From Octopus bimaculoides (taxonomy: Eukaryota): a stretch of DNA of 64,000 bases. Below the pieces are notes generated by a model. That model made no database searches and had not been told where the DNA came from. It worked only from the letters and a program-made list of their open reading frames with translations. The position numbers and the translations under genes are program-made. This document shows, piece by piece, positions 1-13,128 of the stretch (position 1 is the first letter of the stretch; the number at the start of each line of letters is the position of its first letter). The stretch lies in NCBI RefSeq assembly GCF_001194135.2, contig NC_068981.1, positions 37,307,235 to 37,371,234 of the forward strand, given 5' to 3'.

Positions 1-262
1 GCCAGTGCCCCTGGACTGGCTTGTGCGAGTGGCACATAAAAGACACCATTTCGAGCGTGGCCGTTTTCGTGCGGGTGACACGTAAAAGCACCCACTACAC
101 TCTCTGAGTGGTTGGCGTTAGGAAGGGCATCCAGCTGTAGAATCTCTGCCAAATCAGACTGAGCCTGGTGTTGCCATCCGGTTTCACCAGTCCTCAGTCA
201 AATCGTCCAACCCATGCTAGCATGGAAAGCGGACGTTAAACGATGATGATGATGATGATGAT
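1..262 (+). mobile_element. 3' UTR and (GAT)n tail of a young RTE-clade LINE, cut by the window edge
   Basis: Near-identical to the reverse complement of 24381-24640 and 33263-33530. The longer copies connect to an RTE ORF C-terminus. Ends CCATGCTAGCATGGAAAGCGGACGTTAAAC(GAT)n. Confidence 0.88.
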
Positions 263-499
263 TAGCATCATGAAATTTCTGACGTTATAGATGAATATTT
301 CCTGCATCACCAGGTGCCCTTTTGGGTATATAGAATTGGGTTTGTATACAGTACATAAAAGATTCATCTGAGTATTTTTAAAAGAAACTGCAATTGTCTC
401 AAGAAGGCCTGCACTTGGTACACGAGTTAGAGAGAAAAAGTTTTACAAACCTTTGAGATTCTATTGACACACATAATATTTTCACATATGAAATGGTTA

Positions 500-3100
500 C
501 CATACATAATTATATTACAAAATTAAATGCTACATTGACAAAAAATAACGGCACACAATCAAAGCATGCATGTGAATGTACAAGAGGAAAATAATACAAG
601 AACTATCACAAATACTCAAATAAGTAGTCTGGGAGAAAAGGAAACAATAATAGTAACAACAACAGCAGTAGTGAGGATTACATTGAAGTCAAATACTGGG
701 GTCTGTTCATACAGCTGTGCTAAGGCAAAACTTTCCTTAATACAAAGTGAACAAAAAAGTGTAACTGATGATTTCCAAAACTGAGCAACAGTTTTTACCA
801 CAGGAACTAATACAATGAGAAGGCAAAGAGAAAAAATATTTACCTCTGCTTACGAAAGAATGAAAGCAGATTAGATCTCCCATCAAATCAAGTAGAACAA
901 AGGACTCTCCCGGAAATTTTAAATGTTCACTCTACTGTAAAAAGTAAAAGTAAAGGCACTATCTGCTGTATCTTTAGATTCATTCAAAACGTAGGTTAAA
1001 ATTGTCAGATGTACTTTTAACTATATATCTCTGTCCCAATACATGGGTCGAAGAAATACAAGAATTATAATACGAGTGTAGGATGAAAAGTTCATAGGCT
1101 GACTATGAAAGTATGATACTACGACTATGAAATCTTGCATGCATTCATTTCAGCTCTTTTTCTCAGATATCAGGTAAACTGATATCTGACTGTTTAAAGA
1201 ACACTTCAACTGTAACTAGTAGCAGCTTTTCTTGAAAATGGCCAACATTTGGAATCCTGGTATTATCAAGAACCTGCAGAAAGAAAAAAACAGTTTAGCC
1301 CTAAGACATTCATGCTGACATGTTAAAGAATGACACTGTAACTTTATCAACAGTGCATAAGTGGGAAGCTGAATTTAGGAAGTGAGTATTGAAGATGACC
1401 CAAGCTCTGGACGTCCTGCAACTACACCCGCTAAAAAGCAAACATTGATCACACCACATAGTAACGGATTACTGGTGATTGACAATAATTCCAATAGGCA
1501 ATGCTATTAGCATATCCTGTGAGAAAGTTGAGAATATTCTGCGCAATAAACTTGGCATTTTTGGCATAATAAAGGTTTCTGCTCGGTGGGCGCTACGTCT
1601 TCTGACATCTAATCAAATGTGCAACAGGCTGATCACATAACGGGAAAATATGACATTGTTTGAGGCAGATCCAGTTGGTTTTCTTGAATATTTCCTAACC
1701 CATAATGAATGATAGGTTCATTACTTTGAGCAAGAGACAAAGAAACAATCCATGCAGTGGAAACACCCCTCTTACCTTCTCCAATGAAGGCCAAGGTCAT
1801 TTCATCTGCAGGAAAGGGGATGCAAAAGAGATGTGTATATTAACTATCCTTAAAAATGTCACACTATCAATGGAGAGTACCGTGCCAACTTGTTGAGGCA
1901 GTTACAAAAAGCAATCAAAACCAAATGCACAGGAAAACTGATGAAGTGGGTCTTGTTTCATCAAGACAATGCTTCAGCACACAAATCCTTGGTTTCGATA
2001 GCTGCTGTGCATGACTGTGGCATCAAACTTTTTAGTTAGCCTCCCTATTCTAATATTATATGACTATCATTTCTTCCCTAACACACACAAAAAAAAAAAC
2101 ACTTGGCTAGGAATCAGTATTGCAGTGAATTACCTCATACTTTCTGTTGATGACTTTTTTGACCAACAGGATGAAAGCTTCTTTCCCAATGGGATCGAAG
2201 CACTGCAACACCAATAAACAAATGACCAACAGGATGAAAGCTTCTTCTCCAATGGGATTGAAGAACTGCAACATTGATAAAAGAAGTGTGTGGTGTGGCC
2301 AGCAAGGGGGTCTATATTGAAAAATAAACCTCATTTGGTCACATTTCATGAGAGTATCTTGGTCAGCCTATGAACTTTTCAGCCGATCCTCGTAAAAGAC
2401 ATCGGACATGACGTAGATCTATGGCTAAAAACCACTTTTATATTTACATGTGATCAAAGCTGGGTTAGCAAAGGGTGCAATATGGTCAGAAAGTGTCAAA
2501 ATGGGTTTGCAAATCATAATGATACCTGAAGACTACAGAGCTATATCGGTACGGTGCACGGCAGAAGGCACCAAAACAAGTGGCATGAGATTAATGATAC
2601 AGGACAGAAAGCCTAGCAGCTATATTTCTCGGAGAAAAACTTGCCTCAAATATGAATGCTGGAAGGAACTGGAAAGACTAATTAAAAATGGAAAATATAG
2701 CCTAAAATAATGAAAATCAACTGGCTCAACAAAAATGGACAACAAACTCCAATTTCTAGAGCATTACCAACCAAAATTTCTGGGCTGACAAGGAAAATAT
2801 CTTTATGTTCAGTATCAAAAATAGATGAGCATACATTACGTTCCTTAACTATGCCAACCAGTAGTACCACTTTTTTATCGAGCAATGAGAAAGAAATAAT
2901 AGTAACTTATAAAACTTTACAATACAAACTTTACAAAAGTGAAATGAAAGATAAAATATAACACAGGAAAATCATACTCAATATAAAACAACAAAAACAG
3001 TTGAGGAAGAACAATTTCTTCCACATAAGAAAAGACCCTTAAAAAGTTTAAAAAATAAAACAAAATGTTAATGGATAAATGTATGCATTTGTGGTGCTGT
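500..3100 (+). mobile_element. Possible very old LINE remnant (RT-like) split by the mariner insertion
   Basis: A-rich plus strand. Only weak RT-like traces after the mariner: AGLAKGAIWS resembles GxRQGxxLS, and KELERLIKNGKYSLK resembles ELQxxLxxxxxYGLKIN. No clear YADD. Confidence 0.3.
1071..2394 (+). mobile_element. Full-length, non-functional mariner (DD34D) transposon, irritans/Hsmar2-like TIR
   Basis: TA duplications at 1071-1072 and 2393-2394. 32-bp TIRs match 27/32 (CGAG...TGAAAAGTTCATAGGCTGAC). Decayed transposase starts at ATG 1238 with HTH region, SARWALRLLT (=WVPRLLT), VLFHQDNASAH and PPYS..YDYHFFPN. Many stops and frameshifts. Confidence 0.95.
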
Positions 3101-3599
3101 GGACTTCCTGAACAAGTTATAACAAGAAACACTTAGGTTTAGAATATATACAACATGAAAAGGATTGATTATTTATAAAAAGAAAATTAAGATATTGCAC
3201 TGAATATAAAGTGATTACTTTCAAGACTCTGGTGTTCAGTTTCCTCAAATAAATGCTTAGTGGTGCACCCATTTGCCTTTGCACTCTTTTTGAAATTGTT
3301 AAACGGACTGGGTTAATTCTTATTCTTGAATTGTTTCAGTGTTTACTTTTTACTTCCATAGATTCTGGAAATTGTGTTTCTATAAAAATAGATATAGAAT
3401 GTTTATATTAATTTAATTTGTCATGACTTATATTATGAGAATGTTAAAACTTTGCTGTTTTTCAAATTAGAATTTAGAGGATCCAGTTTGCAGATGATCG
3501 ATGATGGAAGTGTCCAGTTTCCTGGAATAACCTGATTCTACTTACGTGAAGTATTTTCATCCAAGTGTCTGTATATTTCTCTTGTATTTAGAAAACCTT

Positions 3600-4019
3600 T
3601 CTTAATATATTGCACCGCATTTTCTTCTATGTTCCCCAATCATCATAAATACAAATATCCGTACACAGTTTGTAATTTCTTTTGTATGCGTGTGGCCTTA
3701 TGACGAATAAAACGTAGTCATCATAATTACCATCATTGGATAATACCGTGAGATGTGTTTAACAGAACACCCTCTGAATTTTCTTTCGATTACTGAATGA
3801 AAAATTTAGGGTTAAGGCTTTTGTATGAGTGCATTTTGTTTGTTGTAGTTTACACAGAACTAGAAGGAAAGATAGTTTTGAAATCGTCTTGGTTTTTAAG
3901 TCAGCTTTCTTCTTTGACAAGCGTTCATGGGGATTTTCTTTTTAAAACAAATTTTAATGTGACGTCGTCTGTGTTAACAGCTGTAAGTAACTTCTCAGTG
4001 GAGGTAGCAGTCGAATTAT

Positions 4020-4054
<35 letters not shown>

Positions 4055-5900
4055 CATACATCCTTTTGTTGTTTACACCACCTGTCCTCGTCTGTTGTTG
4101 TTTTTTTTCGTACATTCTCCCATATATATATATGTGTATATATATAACAGAAACGAAGAAACACTTTCTCTAAGATCGTGAATAAACTTATTTCACATTA
4201 TTGAAAAAATCTTATAATAAATGAAGAAATGAAATAAATATGTAAATGGAAAATTGCACACTGAAAAACAAAAATATATATTTATTAAGTAATAAGGAAC
4301 AATACATACAAACTTACAAATAGTAATAATTATAGCAGCAGTAGTAATAGCAGCAACAGCAACTGCTGCATTAACCTAAGATAGATTTTGCAAACGTGGA
4401 TTGCAAGAAAATGTTGGACGTAAGTCATTCCCAGAAATGCAAATACTGTGGGCAAAGTATGTCGCAAGAAAGAGTACTTCTTTGAAAAAGGACTTGACAT
4501 AAAGTAAAACAAGGAGTAAAGTGACCTGTCTATGCATTAACACAGAGTTAGGAACACTTAAAAAGAACCTTGGCCAACATGCAGTTAGAGTTGGTAAGTA
4601 CTCCCTAAACCGTCGTTGGGCCGATAGAAATGTATGCCTGTTATTTAAAACCGGGACTGAGATGAGAAGATAGTCAAATTTCGAATGCTACAAGAGGCTG
4701 GTGTCCTAGTATACAAATAAAAGAAATACCAGTTCATCCAATAGTTCAGCAAATTGTTGTGCAAAGAATGCACTTATCTACTTGAAATCGGAGAGTACAA
4801 GCCTATTTAGTTGTCTAACATAAATGACTATATAACGTTTGATTGAATCTTCTTCGGCATCCTTTCTAATTTTGTATTATAGTTGAATCCATTAGACTTA
4901 ACTAACTGCTGTTTCTGTGATTACTTTTTCGTTCTTCAATTCTGAATTGATGCCCCTAATTAGAATAACTTGGTCTTGTACCCAATTGTTCTATTTATGC
5001 CTAAAACTCAAAGCTTCACTCATCCTTTTACAAAAATATCTCTTGATGCTATTTGTTTCCAAATTTGATTAACATCTGGGATTCTAATATTACTCCAGTA
5101 CATTTTTACTTTGAAAAGACCTGAAATTAATTTATATCTATATTCTATCATCGCCACAGCCAGTCACAGTTCCAAAAAAGTGCGAAGGTGTCATTTTATG
5201 AAACTTTCCTTTCGCGCACTTCTTTTCTACGGAATACAGTATATTATACAAATTAATCAGAGACATCGAATGGTAGAAGAATTTTTTTGGCATTGTTCTC
5301 ATACTCATTGACTTCTGTTTTTTGAGAGATTTTTCTATGCATCTTTGGGAAGCTGGGCGCTGACTTTGGTGGCCCACCTCTTTCTCCAGCCATACAGTTG
5401 CGTCTGGTTGAGAAACGAAAACTCTCGCCTTCTTTATTATTTCTTCGTGAATAATATCGTGACTTTGTTACATTTATTTCTTTGAAGTTGTTGTTGTTGG
5501 AACTATTTTTATTGCAATTGCTATTTTTAAAATCATTTTCGTACATATTAGTGGTGTTGCTATAAATGCTATTGCTGATGTTGTTACTGTTACTTTTTGT
5601 TGTTAATATTCTTCTTGCCAGTCTTATCGACTTTGATGAATGTTTTTTTTATTCGGAGTATTATTGCCATTATTTCCAATTTTTCTTTCACCTTCCACCT
5701 GTGAAAGAGGATTGTCACTCTTGCGTTCGGAATCTGCTCTCACCCAGTACTTCAGTAGTAATTACTTGCCTTGTCGACAGACGATAATTAAAGTTCAAGT
5801 ATTTTTTCCTCGAGGGGAAATATTCTTCAAAACCAAAAACAAACGTTCTTTTCCATTTACGAAATATGTTACAAATATACTAAAACAATAAAAAGTAACT
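3600..5900. promoter_or_regulatory. CpG-retaining, non-TE region; candidate (possibly bidirectional) promoter / 5' gene region
   Basis: About 50 CpGs by eye in ~2.3 kb, against very few in stretches such as 14.5-21 kb. Plus-strand donor TTG|GTAAGT at 4594 and minus-strand donor CAC|GTAAGT at 3545. Confidence 0.4.
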
Positions 5901-6218
5901 TACATCTGATGTAAGTAATTAAATGACCAGACATTTGTTCAGCCCATCTCACTTAATCAGCTGTCAATAATAATTGTTTCTAATTTAGGAAAAAGACAAG
6001 AAGTTTTGAGGGGAAGGGGCTAGTCAATACCATCTAACTTGACAGGCTTTTATAGATTTTGAAAGGATGAAGAGCTAAGTTGATAACAGCAGGTTTTGAA
6101 CTTTGAAGGTAAAGAACTGGAAAAAAAAATATTAGAAAATATTTTGTCCAACTTTCTAAAGATTCAGTCAATCAATCACGATTTCAGAAGAGAAGTACTG
6201 CCAATTTGACACATTCTT

Positions 6219-6426
6219 ATTCTTTTCTACCCTAGGCACAAAGTTTTTGGAGAGGGGGCCAGTTGATTAGATTGACCTCAGTATGCAACTGGTACTTAAT
6301 TTATCGACTCCGAAAAGATGAAAGGCAAAGTCAACCTCGGCGGAATTTGAACTCAGAACGTAAAGACAGACGAAATATCGCTAAGCATTTCGCCAGGCGT
6401 GCTAACGTTTCTGCCAGCTCGCCGCC
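6219..6426 (-). mobile_element. tRNA-derived SINE, family A (GGCGGCGAGCTGGCAGAAACGTTAGC head)
   Basis: Reverse complement matches the copy at 22041-22246. Pol III A/B box-like head (TGGCAGAAACG; GAGTTCAAATTCC). Confidence 0.85.
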
Positions 6427-6717
6427 TTTTAGCAAATACATATTGTCAACCTCGTGAAGATAGAAGTACAAAAATGAACCCAAAGAAAGTATTGTAACTA
6501 ATTCCCACAAAATATTTTGCCTGGCACGTTACTGATTCTAACTTGCACCAAAATAATAAAGAATGTCTACCTTTGATGCAACACCACAAATATGGGAAGA
6601 AGAACATGATTGATTTATGTGACACAATTCTTGAATTATACTTACATTATCAACTCTCAGATGAGTGAAAGGTAAAGTCTATTTCAATGGGACTTGAACT
6701 TAAACTGTAAAGAGATC

Positions 6718-7800
6718 ATCATCGTCATCGTCGTCGTCGTCATCATCATCATCATTATCATCATCATCATCATCATTTAATGTCCATTTTCCATGCTGGC
6801 ATGGGTTGGACGGTTTGACAGGAACTAACCAGCTGAAGAGCTGCCCAGGTTCCATGTCTGTTTCGGCATGGTTTCTATGGCTAGAGGCCCTTCCTAACGT
6901 CAACCACTTTACGTGTTTACATGGCATTGGTACAGATGACTTTTACGTAGCACCAAAACCTACAAACCTGCAAGATTAGGAATGCTCAGCTGAAGAGAGA
7001 TGCAGGGGACAATTCTCTATGCAAGGACAACCACGCTTTTACTTAGCATGACATGTCTTTTGAAGCAAAGCAAACCGCTAGGTGCTTCGGTTCCCTGTTA
7101 TCACCTCTGTGAGTCCCAACGTCCTTTCTCACTACTTCGTCCCACGTCTTCTACATATTCCCTCTACAATTAGTAACCGGCACCTCTTGATGCAATTGTC
7201 TTCATTCATACACATTACATGGCCGTACCAGCATGGTCTTCTCTTTTGCACGCTACATCTGATGCCTCGTAAACCCAGTTTTTCTCTCAAATCACTTACA
7301 CTCTATCATATATTCACACTGACATTGCCCATCCAGCAGAACATATTGGCTTCATTTCTTTCAAGCCTTTGAATACCCTCAGTCGTAACAGCCCATGTCT
7401 CACTGTCATGTAGCATAGCTGTTCGTACATAGGCATCATACAATCTGATCTGCCTTTCACTCTAAGAAAGAGGCCCTTCATTACTAACAGAAGTGGTAAC
7501 TCTCTGAACTTTGTCCAACCAATTCTTATTGTAGTAGCTACGCTTTTGGACCCCCCACCCCACCACTACTAACTTGGTCACCTAAGCAATGGAAACTTTA
7601 TTACTTCTAAGGATACCCCTGACATTTGAGGGATTCTATTTTCTGTACATTCCTGGTGTTTAATGTACCTGTCATATCCTTGATGTTCTGCTGGATCAAG
7701 TTTGGGAGGGTTAAGGGACTATGTCTGCTTGCAAATGCATAGGTAACTAAAAAAATACTGAAAGCATAGTATATGCTATCACGACATACTTACTGCAATG
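6718..7800 (-). mobile_element. Older 5'-truncated RTE-clade LINE (ORF C-terminal part, 3' UTR, (GAT/GAC)n tail)
   Basis: Minus translation gives IRIGWTKFRELPLLL..KG..LRVKGR/LYDAYVRTAMLHDSETWAVT..RLERNEA..REKLGLRGIRCSVQKRRPCWYGHV..LGLTEV..KTCHAK*. Tail at 6718-6777. Confidence 0.9.
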
Positions 7801-8871
7801 GATTATTTTTTTTACCCTCTCCAAAAATGTGAGATCTTGTACCATTATTAGAAATCAATAATAATAATATTTCCAGTTGTTTACTTAAAATCTGGTGAAG
7901 AATATGTTCCGTAGTGGAAGATTTCAGATTTTATGAAGTATATATTGACAGGTGCATATATAAAGGTAAAGTAAAATTATAAAAGTGGTTTAAAGGTAAT
8001 TGATATTTCTAAATCCTGAAAGCTAACATAATCAACCGGCAGTAGTTCTTTGATATATTAAAAGCAACTAAAAAGTGTCATTGAAATGGAATTTTTAATT
8101 CAAAGAAGTGCCTAATGCAATGTATGAAACCAGAAATCCAATAAAAATAAGAATTATAGTTTCAACTTTGAGCTCTTGAAAGTGTCTCAGATACATATAT
8201 ATGTGCTTGTGTGGATGTGTTTCTGTAGGCATGTGTGAAAATGAATACTTATACACATATACAGTTACACTTACATGCAATAAATAAAATTGTTCATTTT
8301 ATCATTGAAAGGAAAAATGAGATTTGTATATACATATACATACATACATGCATGCATACATGTGTGTGTGTACTATGTGTATATGATAAATTATAGTACA
8401 TAGCTATACATGCACACATGTTCATATGACAAATGTCATATCTAGATGTTTGAGGTGCAGGTGTCAGATTACAGTATTGCAATAGGTGCAATTACTTCTG
8501 ACCAGAACTTTGCCGAGAATAATTCAGTTAGCTTTGAAATTTAATGTAAAAATAAAACTTTAGAAATCACTGCAGTTATGAATGTTGTTTATTTTATGTT
8601 TTTTATATTTTTTCATTCTGATTATTTCTTTTCCTCATTTTTGCTTTCATTTCTTTTCAATTTTCTTAGAGGTTTTCATTTGAAGATCTCTATTTATTTA
8701 TTTTTTGTTTCATTTTGTTTTTCGTTACATGGATCATATACAATGCAAAGAAGCAGCATTATGATTCAGAGAGCAAATTATGCCAGTTCCAGATGCAGAA
8801 GACAAAAAGCAGGAAAGGCTGTAAAGGAGAGAATTCCAATGCAAAAAATAAATACATAAACAAACAAACAA

Positions 8872-8897
8872 ATAATGATAATAATAACAACAACAAC

Positions 8898-8955
<58 letters not shown>

Positions 8956-8977
8956 GTGATGATGATAATAATAATAA
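8872..8977. repeat. (AAT)n/(AAC)n microsatellite
   Basis: Direct inspection; source of the poly-N/I/L ORFs in the track. Confidence 0.98.
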
Positions 8978-9676
8978 ATGGATTAATAAATAAAGTGAAA
9001 ACAAATAACAGTAATAATAATGATTTCTTGGGAATTAAAATATTTCTTGTTAATAAAACCATATCTTCTCTTGTTGAATAAATTTCCTTCAAGGGTAAAG
9101 AGAAAGAAAAAGAACTGAGAGAGGAAAAAGAGTGAGTGGATGTGTAAACAGGAAGCTGATCTAGAAGAAAAGCAGCATTTATAAATGGAAGTGTTACAAA
9201 ATAAGGCAGGGAGAGACAAATGATACTGTGTGAGTGTGAACAGGAAAAGGAAAAGGAGAAAAAAATATGGAAAATAAAATTTCAAAAAATGAAAAAATGT
9301 AAAATGTTTTCGTCTACAAAATAAAATTAAGCCAAAAATATACACAACAACATCAGAATAGAATCTGCAAATATTTTATAAGAGTGAAATAAAAAGAAAG
9401 AAAAATGTGAAATAAAATTATAATTTGAGAGGTAAAGCAAACAAATAACTAGATTATTTCAGAGAAGTAAATCTGCAGTAAAAGTAGTAAATCAACTGAA
9501 GAAGAAATATCTAAGATATTGATATTGTCTGAATTAAAACTCTTGTAGTATATACTTTACTTGTTAATCAACAGCTATCATTTCACTAAACTCAAGTAGT
9601 ATTGCCTAACAGCCAAGTGTTCAATTGCCTATTAAAACCAATATTCACTAAGTTGTTTCATAGAAAAGAAAGAGAG

Positions 9677-9681
<5 letters not shown>

Positions 9682-9747
<66 letters not shown>
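9682..9747. repeat. (AG)n microsatellite
   Basis: Direct inspection; source of the ER-repeat ORF. Confidence 0.98.
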
Positions 9748-9750
<3 letters not shown>

Positions 9751-10321
9751 CAGACAGACAGATGTCAATCAGACAGACAGAGAAAGCAGGTAGAGGGTTA
9801 AATAAATAAAGAAAATGTTCTGGTATTAATTGATTCTTTTAAATTCTTCTAAGTAGCAAAGAAATAGATTCAGAATGTGTTTTTAGTTTTTATTTTATTA
9901 ACAGATCTCTTTATGCTATATATGTGTGAGACCGTATCTTTGTGTGTTTGTGTGTGTGTGTGTGTGTCAGCACAGGTTTGTAAAGCATGTTGCAAATAAT
10001 GGTATATTTGGTTATGCATAAATAAAAATAAAATTTTCAAAAAGATGATAATGTACAAATTGTGTTATATTTTAAGAATGAAACCCATTCCTTTTACATT
10101 TATAGAAATGGTTATGTAATAAATAATTTAATTAAATCATTTTTTTTCAAATAAACCATTCAAACAGTTGAAGCCTCTCACTCACTATGCCTGCTTTGAG
10201 CAAAATGTTCCTCTTCATTTATTATCATATAAACTGTGACTTGCAGGAGGTCAGGATATGAATGTGACAAAGGAAAATCTAGAAGAAATTAATGGATGCT
10301 ATTACCCAGAATGTTGTTATC

Positions 10322-10352
<31 letters not shown>

Positions 10353-11580
10353 TCCTTTTTCATTACCATCATCGTTGTTATTATTTTATATCTATTATTT
10401 CATGCTGGTATGGATATCATCACTCATTATATTCTACTTTCACCCACAGCAACAAAGACAACTGATCAACATAGTTGTTTTGTATTTCTCAAAACTGTAG
10501 ACTACATGTTTTTATCATTTCCCCAGCACTAAAGGGATTATCCCATGTGAAAGGACTAAAAACTCATTTCTGCTCTGAACCAATTTTTATTCAAGTCTGG
10601 AATTATTGCCTGTATGACTTTTTAAGTCTGCATTTTATTTCTTAGCTTCATTTTTGGCATGGCTTCAATGACTGGATGTTCTTTCTTCCATCAATCACTT
10701 TACAAAGTGTACTGCTTGCACTTTCGTACTCCTTTGTCTTGCAATGTTCCTTCATCTAATTACATGTTGTGTACCTTCTTATTCCTAACTTTTCCAAAAC
10801 CCAGGTGCATTACATTATGCTACCAGCACCAGCGCTCTATGTGGAATGACAAAAGAGTCCTACATTGTATTTATTCATTGAACGAAAGCAAAGCCTGTGA
10901 CACAGCCTCCTTTCAATTTATGAATTGTTTTCAGTTTCACACATAAATTTCTTCAACCTTGCTTGTATGGCATGAAGCTTAAAAATTTCAAACAGCTGTC
11001 TTCACAAATGGATGCCTTCACAGCAACTAATTTCTCAACTATAAAGTATGAGTATAGTTGTTTGTCAACCAGCTACACTGAGATAACAAAAAACTGTGCA
11101 TATTTTCACAAAACTTTACAAAATTACTACAACAGGATTTGAATACATGCTTGTGTGCTCAATGGCTGTAGCTATCTAATTGCATGGCTGTTGCTTTTCA
11201 AATAGGAAGTGCTACTTGTGAAAATTTCTAGAGAAAATTTAGTTCAAATTAGCAAAGTTAGGTATATGATGAAAATTGTCTCTTTGATCTATATGAAATA
11301 AATATATTGATAACTGGACAGGAAAAAATATTGAGGAAAAGAGGCAGATAGATATATAGATAGATAAATAAAGAGAGAAAAAGAGTGAAAGAAAGAGGGG
11401 TGGTGATGGAAGAAATGCATGATGTTGAGTTACAATAGTTGTGGGCGTATCTGTTATCTCTTTATTTAGCAAATGGTATGATTAAATATGAAAATTTGCC
11501 GTGGTAAAGTAGCTAAGGAAATATAGCATTTGATTTTAAATTCATAAAAATAGTACTATGGTACAAACTGAATCACGTAA

Positions 11581-12856
11581 TATTGGGTCATCCCATAAAT
11601 GATGCAGTTTTTCAGTTGCATGAACTAAAAGTTGGAGGGGGACAGGATAAACTACCTGCATCAACTTGCAGGTTGTAATTCTACCTTGTGTTTATTCTTA
11701 CAGGTCGTAATTTTACCTTGTGTTTATTCTTAGTGCAAGTTTTGAAGAGTGCAGTTTGATTTTAACATTTATTTTTTCACAGCTATAATGGAAGTGACAA
11801 AGGAGCATATTTGGCATATTTTGCTTTATGAGTTCAATAAAGGCAATGGAAAGGGCAAAGAATATTAATGTAATGTATGAGGACTGGACAATACGCGTAA
11901 GCTAGCATCAATGAGGTTCCAGAAATTCTGAGCCAGAAACTACAGCCTAGAAAACGAGCCTCATCCTGGAAGATCTGTAAAGCTCAATGTGGATGTCTTG
12001 CAAACCACCAAAATCCCATTGTCACTGTTGAGGAACTAGAAAGGGAAGCTTGGATTTGGTCATTCAACAATTCATTGATGCCTGCATGCCATCAGAAAGT
12101 CAGAAAATAGGATCAATGGGTTCCTCACAAACTTTTCGAGTTCAATTGTGTGCAGAAAGTGAATGTTTGCTCTTCTTTGCTGTCATATCTCACGAATGAA
12201 CACTTTTTGGACCGAATAGTGACTGGTGATGAGAAATGGGTTCTCTATAAAAATGTCAAGCACTGAAGACAGTGGGTAGAGAAAGGAGAAACACTGGCAC
12301 CCCAGGCTAAAGAAGGTCTTCACCCACGTTATCTGTTTGGTTGGATATGAAAGGTTTAGTCCGCTTTGAACTTTTAAACCCAAATCAAACGATAATAAAG
12401 GAGTTCAGCTGTGAGCAGCTTGAGCAGCTTAAGTCAGCACTAGAAGAAAAATGACCATCTTTGATTTCAAGATGAAATGTGTTCCTCCATCAAGATAATG
12501 TTCAGCCACATACAGTGAGGAAGACATTCCAAAGGCTGGAGCAGTTTGGATGGAAAACGATGCCCCACCAACCATATTCACCAGACATCTGATTATCATT
12601 TATTCCACAGTCTTCAAAATCATTTGGATGGAAAAAATATGAATTCTGTAGATGAGGTCAGAACAGTACTGGAGGAATATTTTTCATCCCGAACAAATGA
12701 ATTTTGGAAGAGGGACTTTGTAAGTCAACCAGATAAATGGAAGAGCATTGTAAAAAATGAAGGAGAGTATACTTTAGATTAAAAAACTTTGTTTATCTTT
12801 ATTTTGAAAAATAAAAGAAGTATAAAAAACCACATTATTTATGGGATGACCCAATA
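11581..12856 (+). mobile_element. Full-length, non-functional mariner (DD34D) transposon, cecropia/Hsmar1-like
   Basis: TA duplications at 11581-11582 and 12855-12856. 30-bp TIRs match 27/30 (TTGGGTCATCCCATAAAT...). Decayed transposase MEVTKEHIWHILLYEFNKG..WVPHKL..RIVTGDEKWVLYKN..HQDNVQPH..DYHLFHSLQNHLDGK. Contains a 32-bp tandem duplication at 11669-11732. Confidence 0.95.
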
Positions 12857-13128
12857 TATTTGCAGTACTAACTGAATCAACATGTCATGATGATGATAAT
12901 ATTAATTTCTAACAAAGGCACAGAGTCACTAGATTTACCAACAGTTACTCATTACCATCTGTATCTAACCTAGCATCATCAACTCTTGCAATAATCCACC
13001 TCTCCTTACGAGAATCATGGCCTGCTGTATAATCATGATAGGCACTATGGTCCACCATCCCCAATCCAACATTACTTCCACACAACTAGGAAAAGTGTTG
13101 CTAGTGTCTGCTTTTTTTCTGTCAGGCC

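Noticed and set aside
8715-9092. Poly-N, poly-I and poly-L ORFs
   Set aside because: They are translations of the (AAT)n microsatellite, which is stop-free in several frames.
9602-9793. ER-repeat ORF
   Set aside because: (AG)n microsatellite.
10600-11040. Possible pogo/Tigger transposase remnant on the minus strand
   Set aside because: No convincing motif or TIR.
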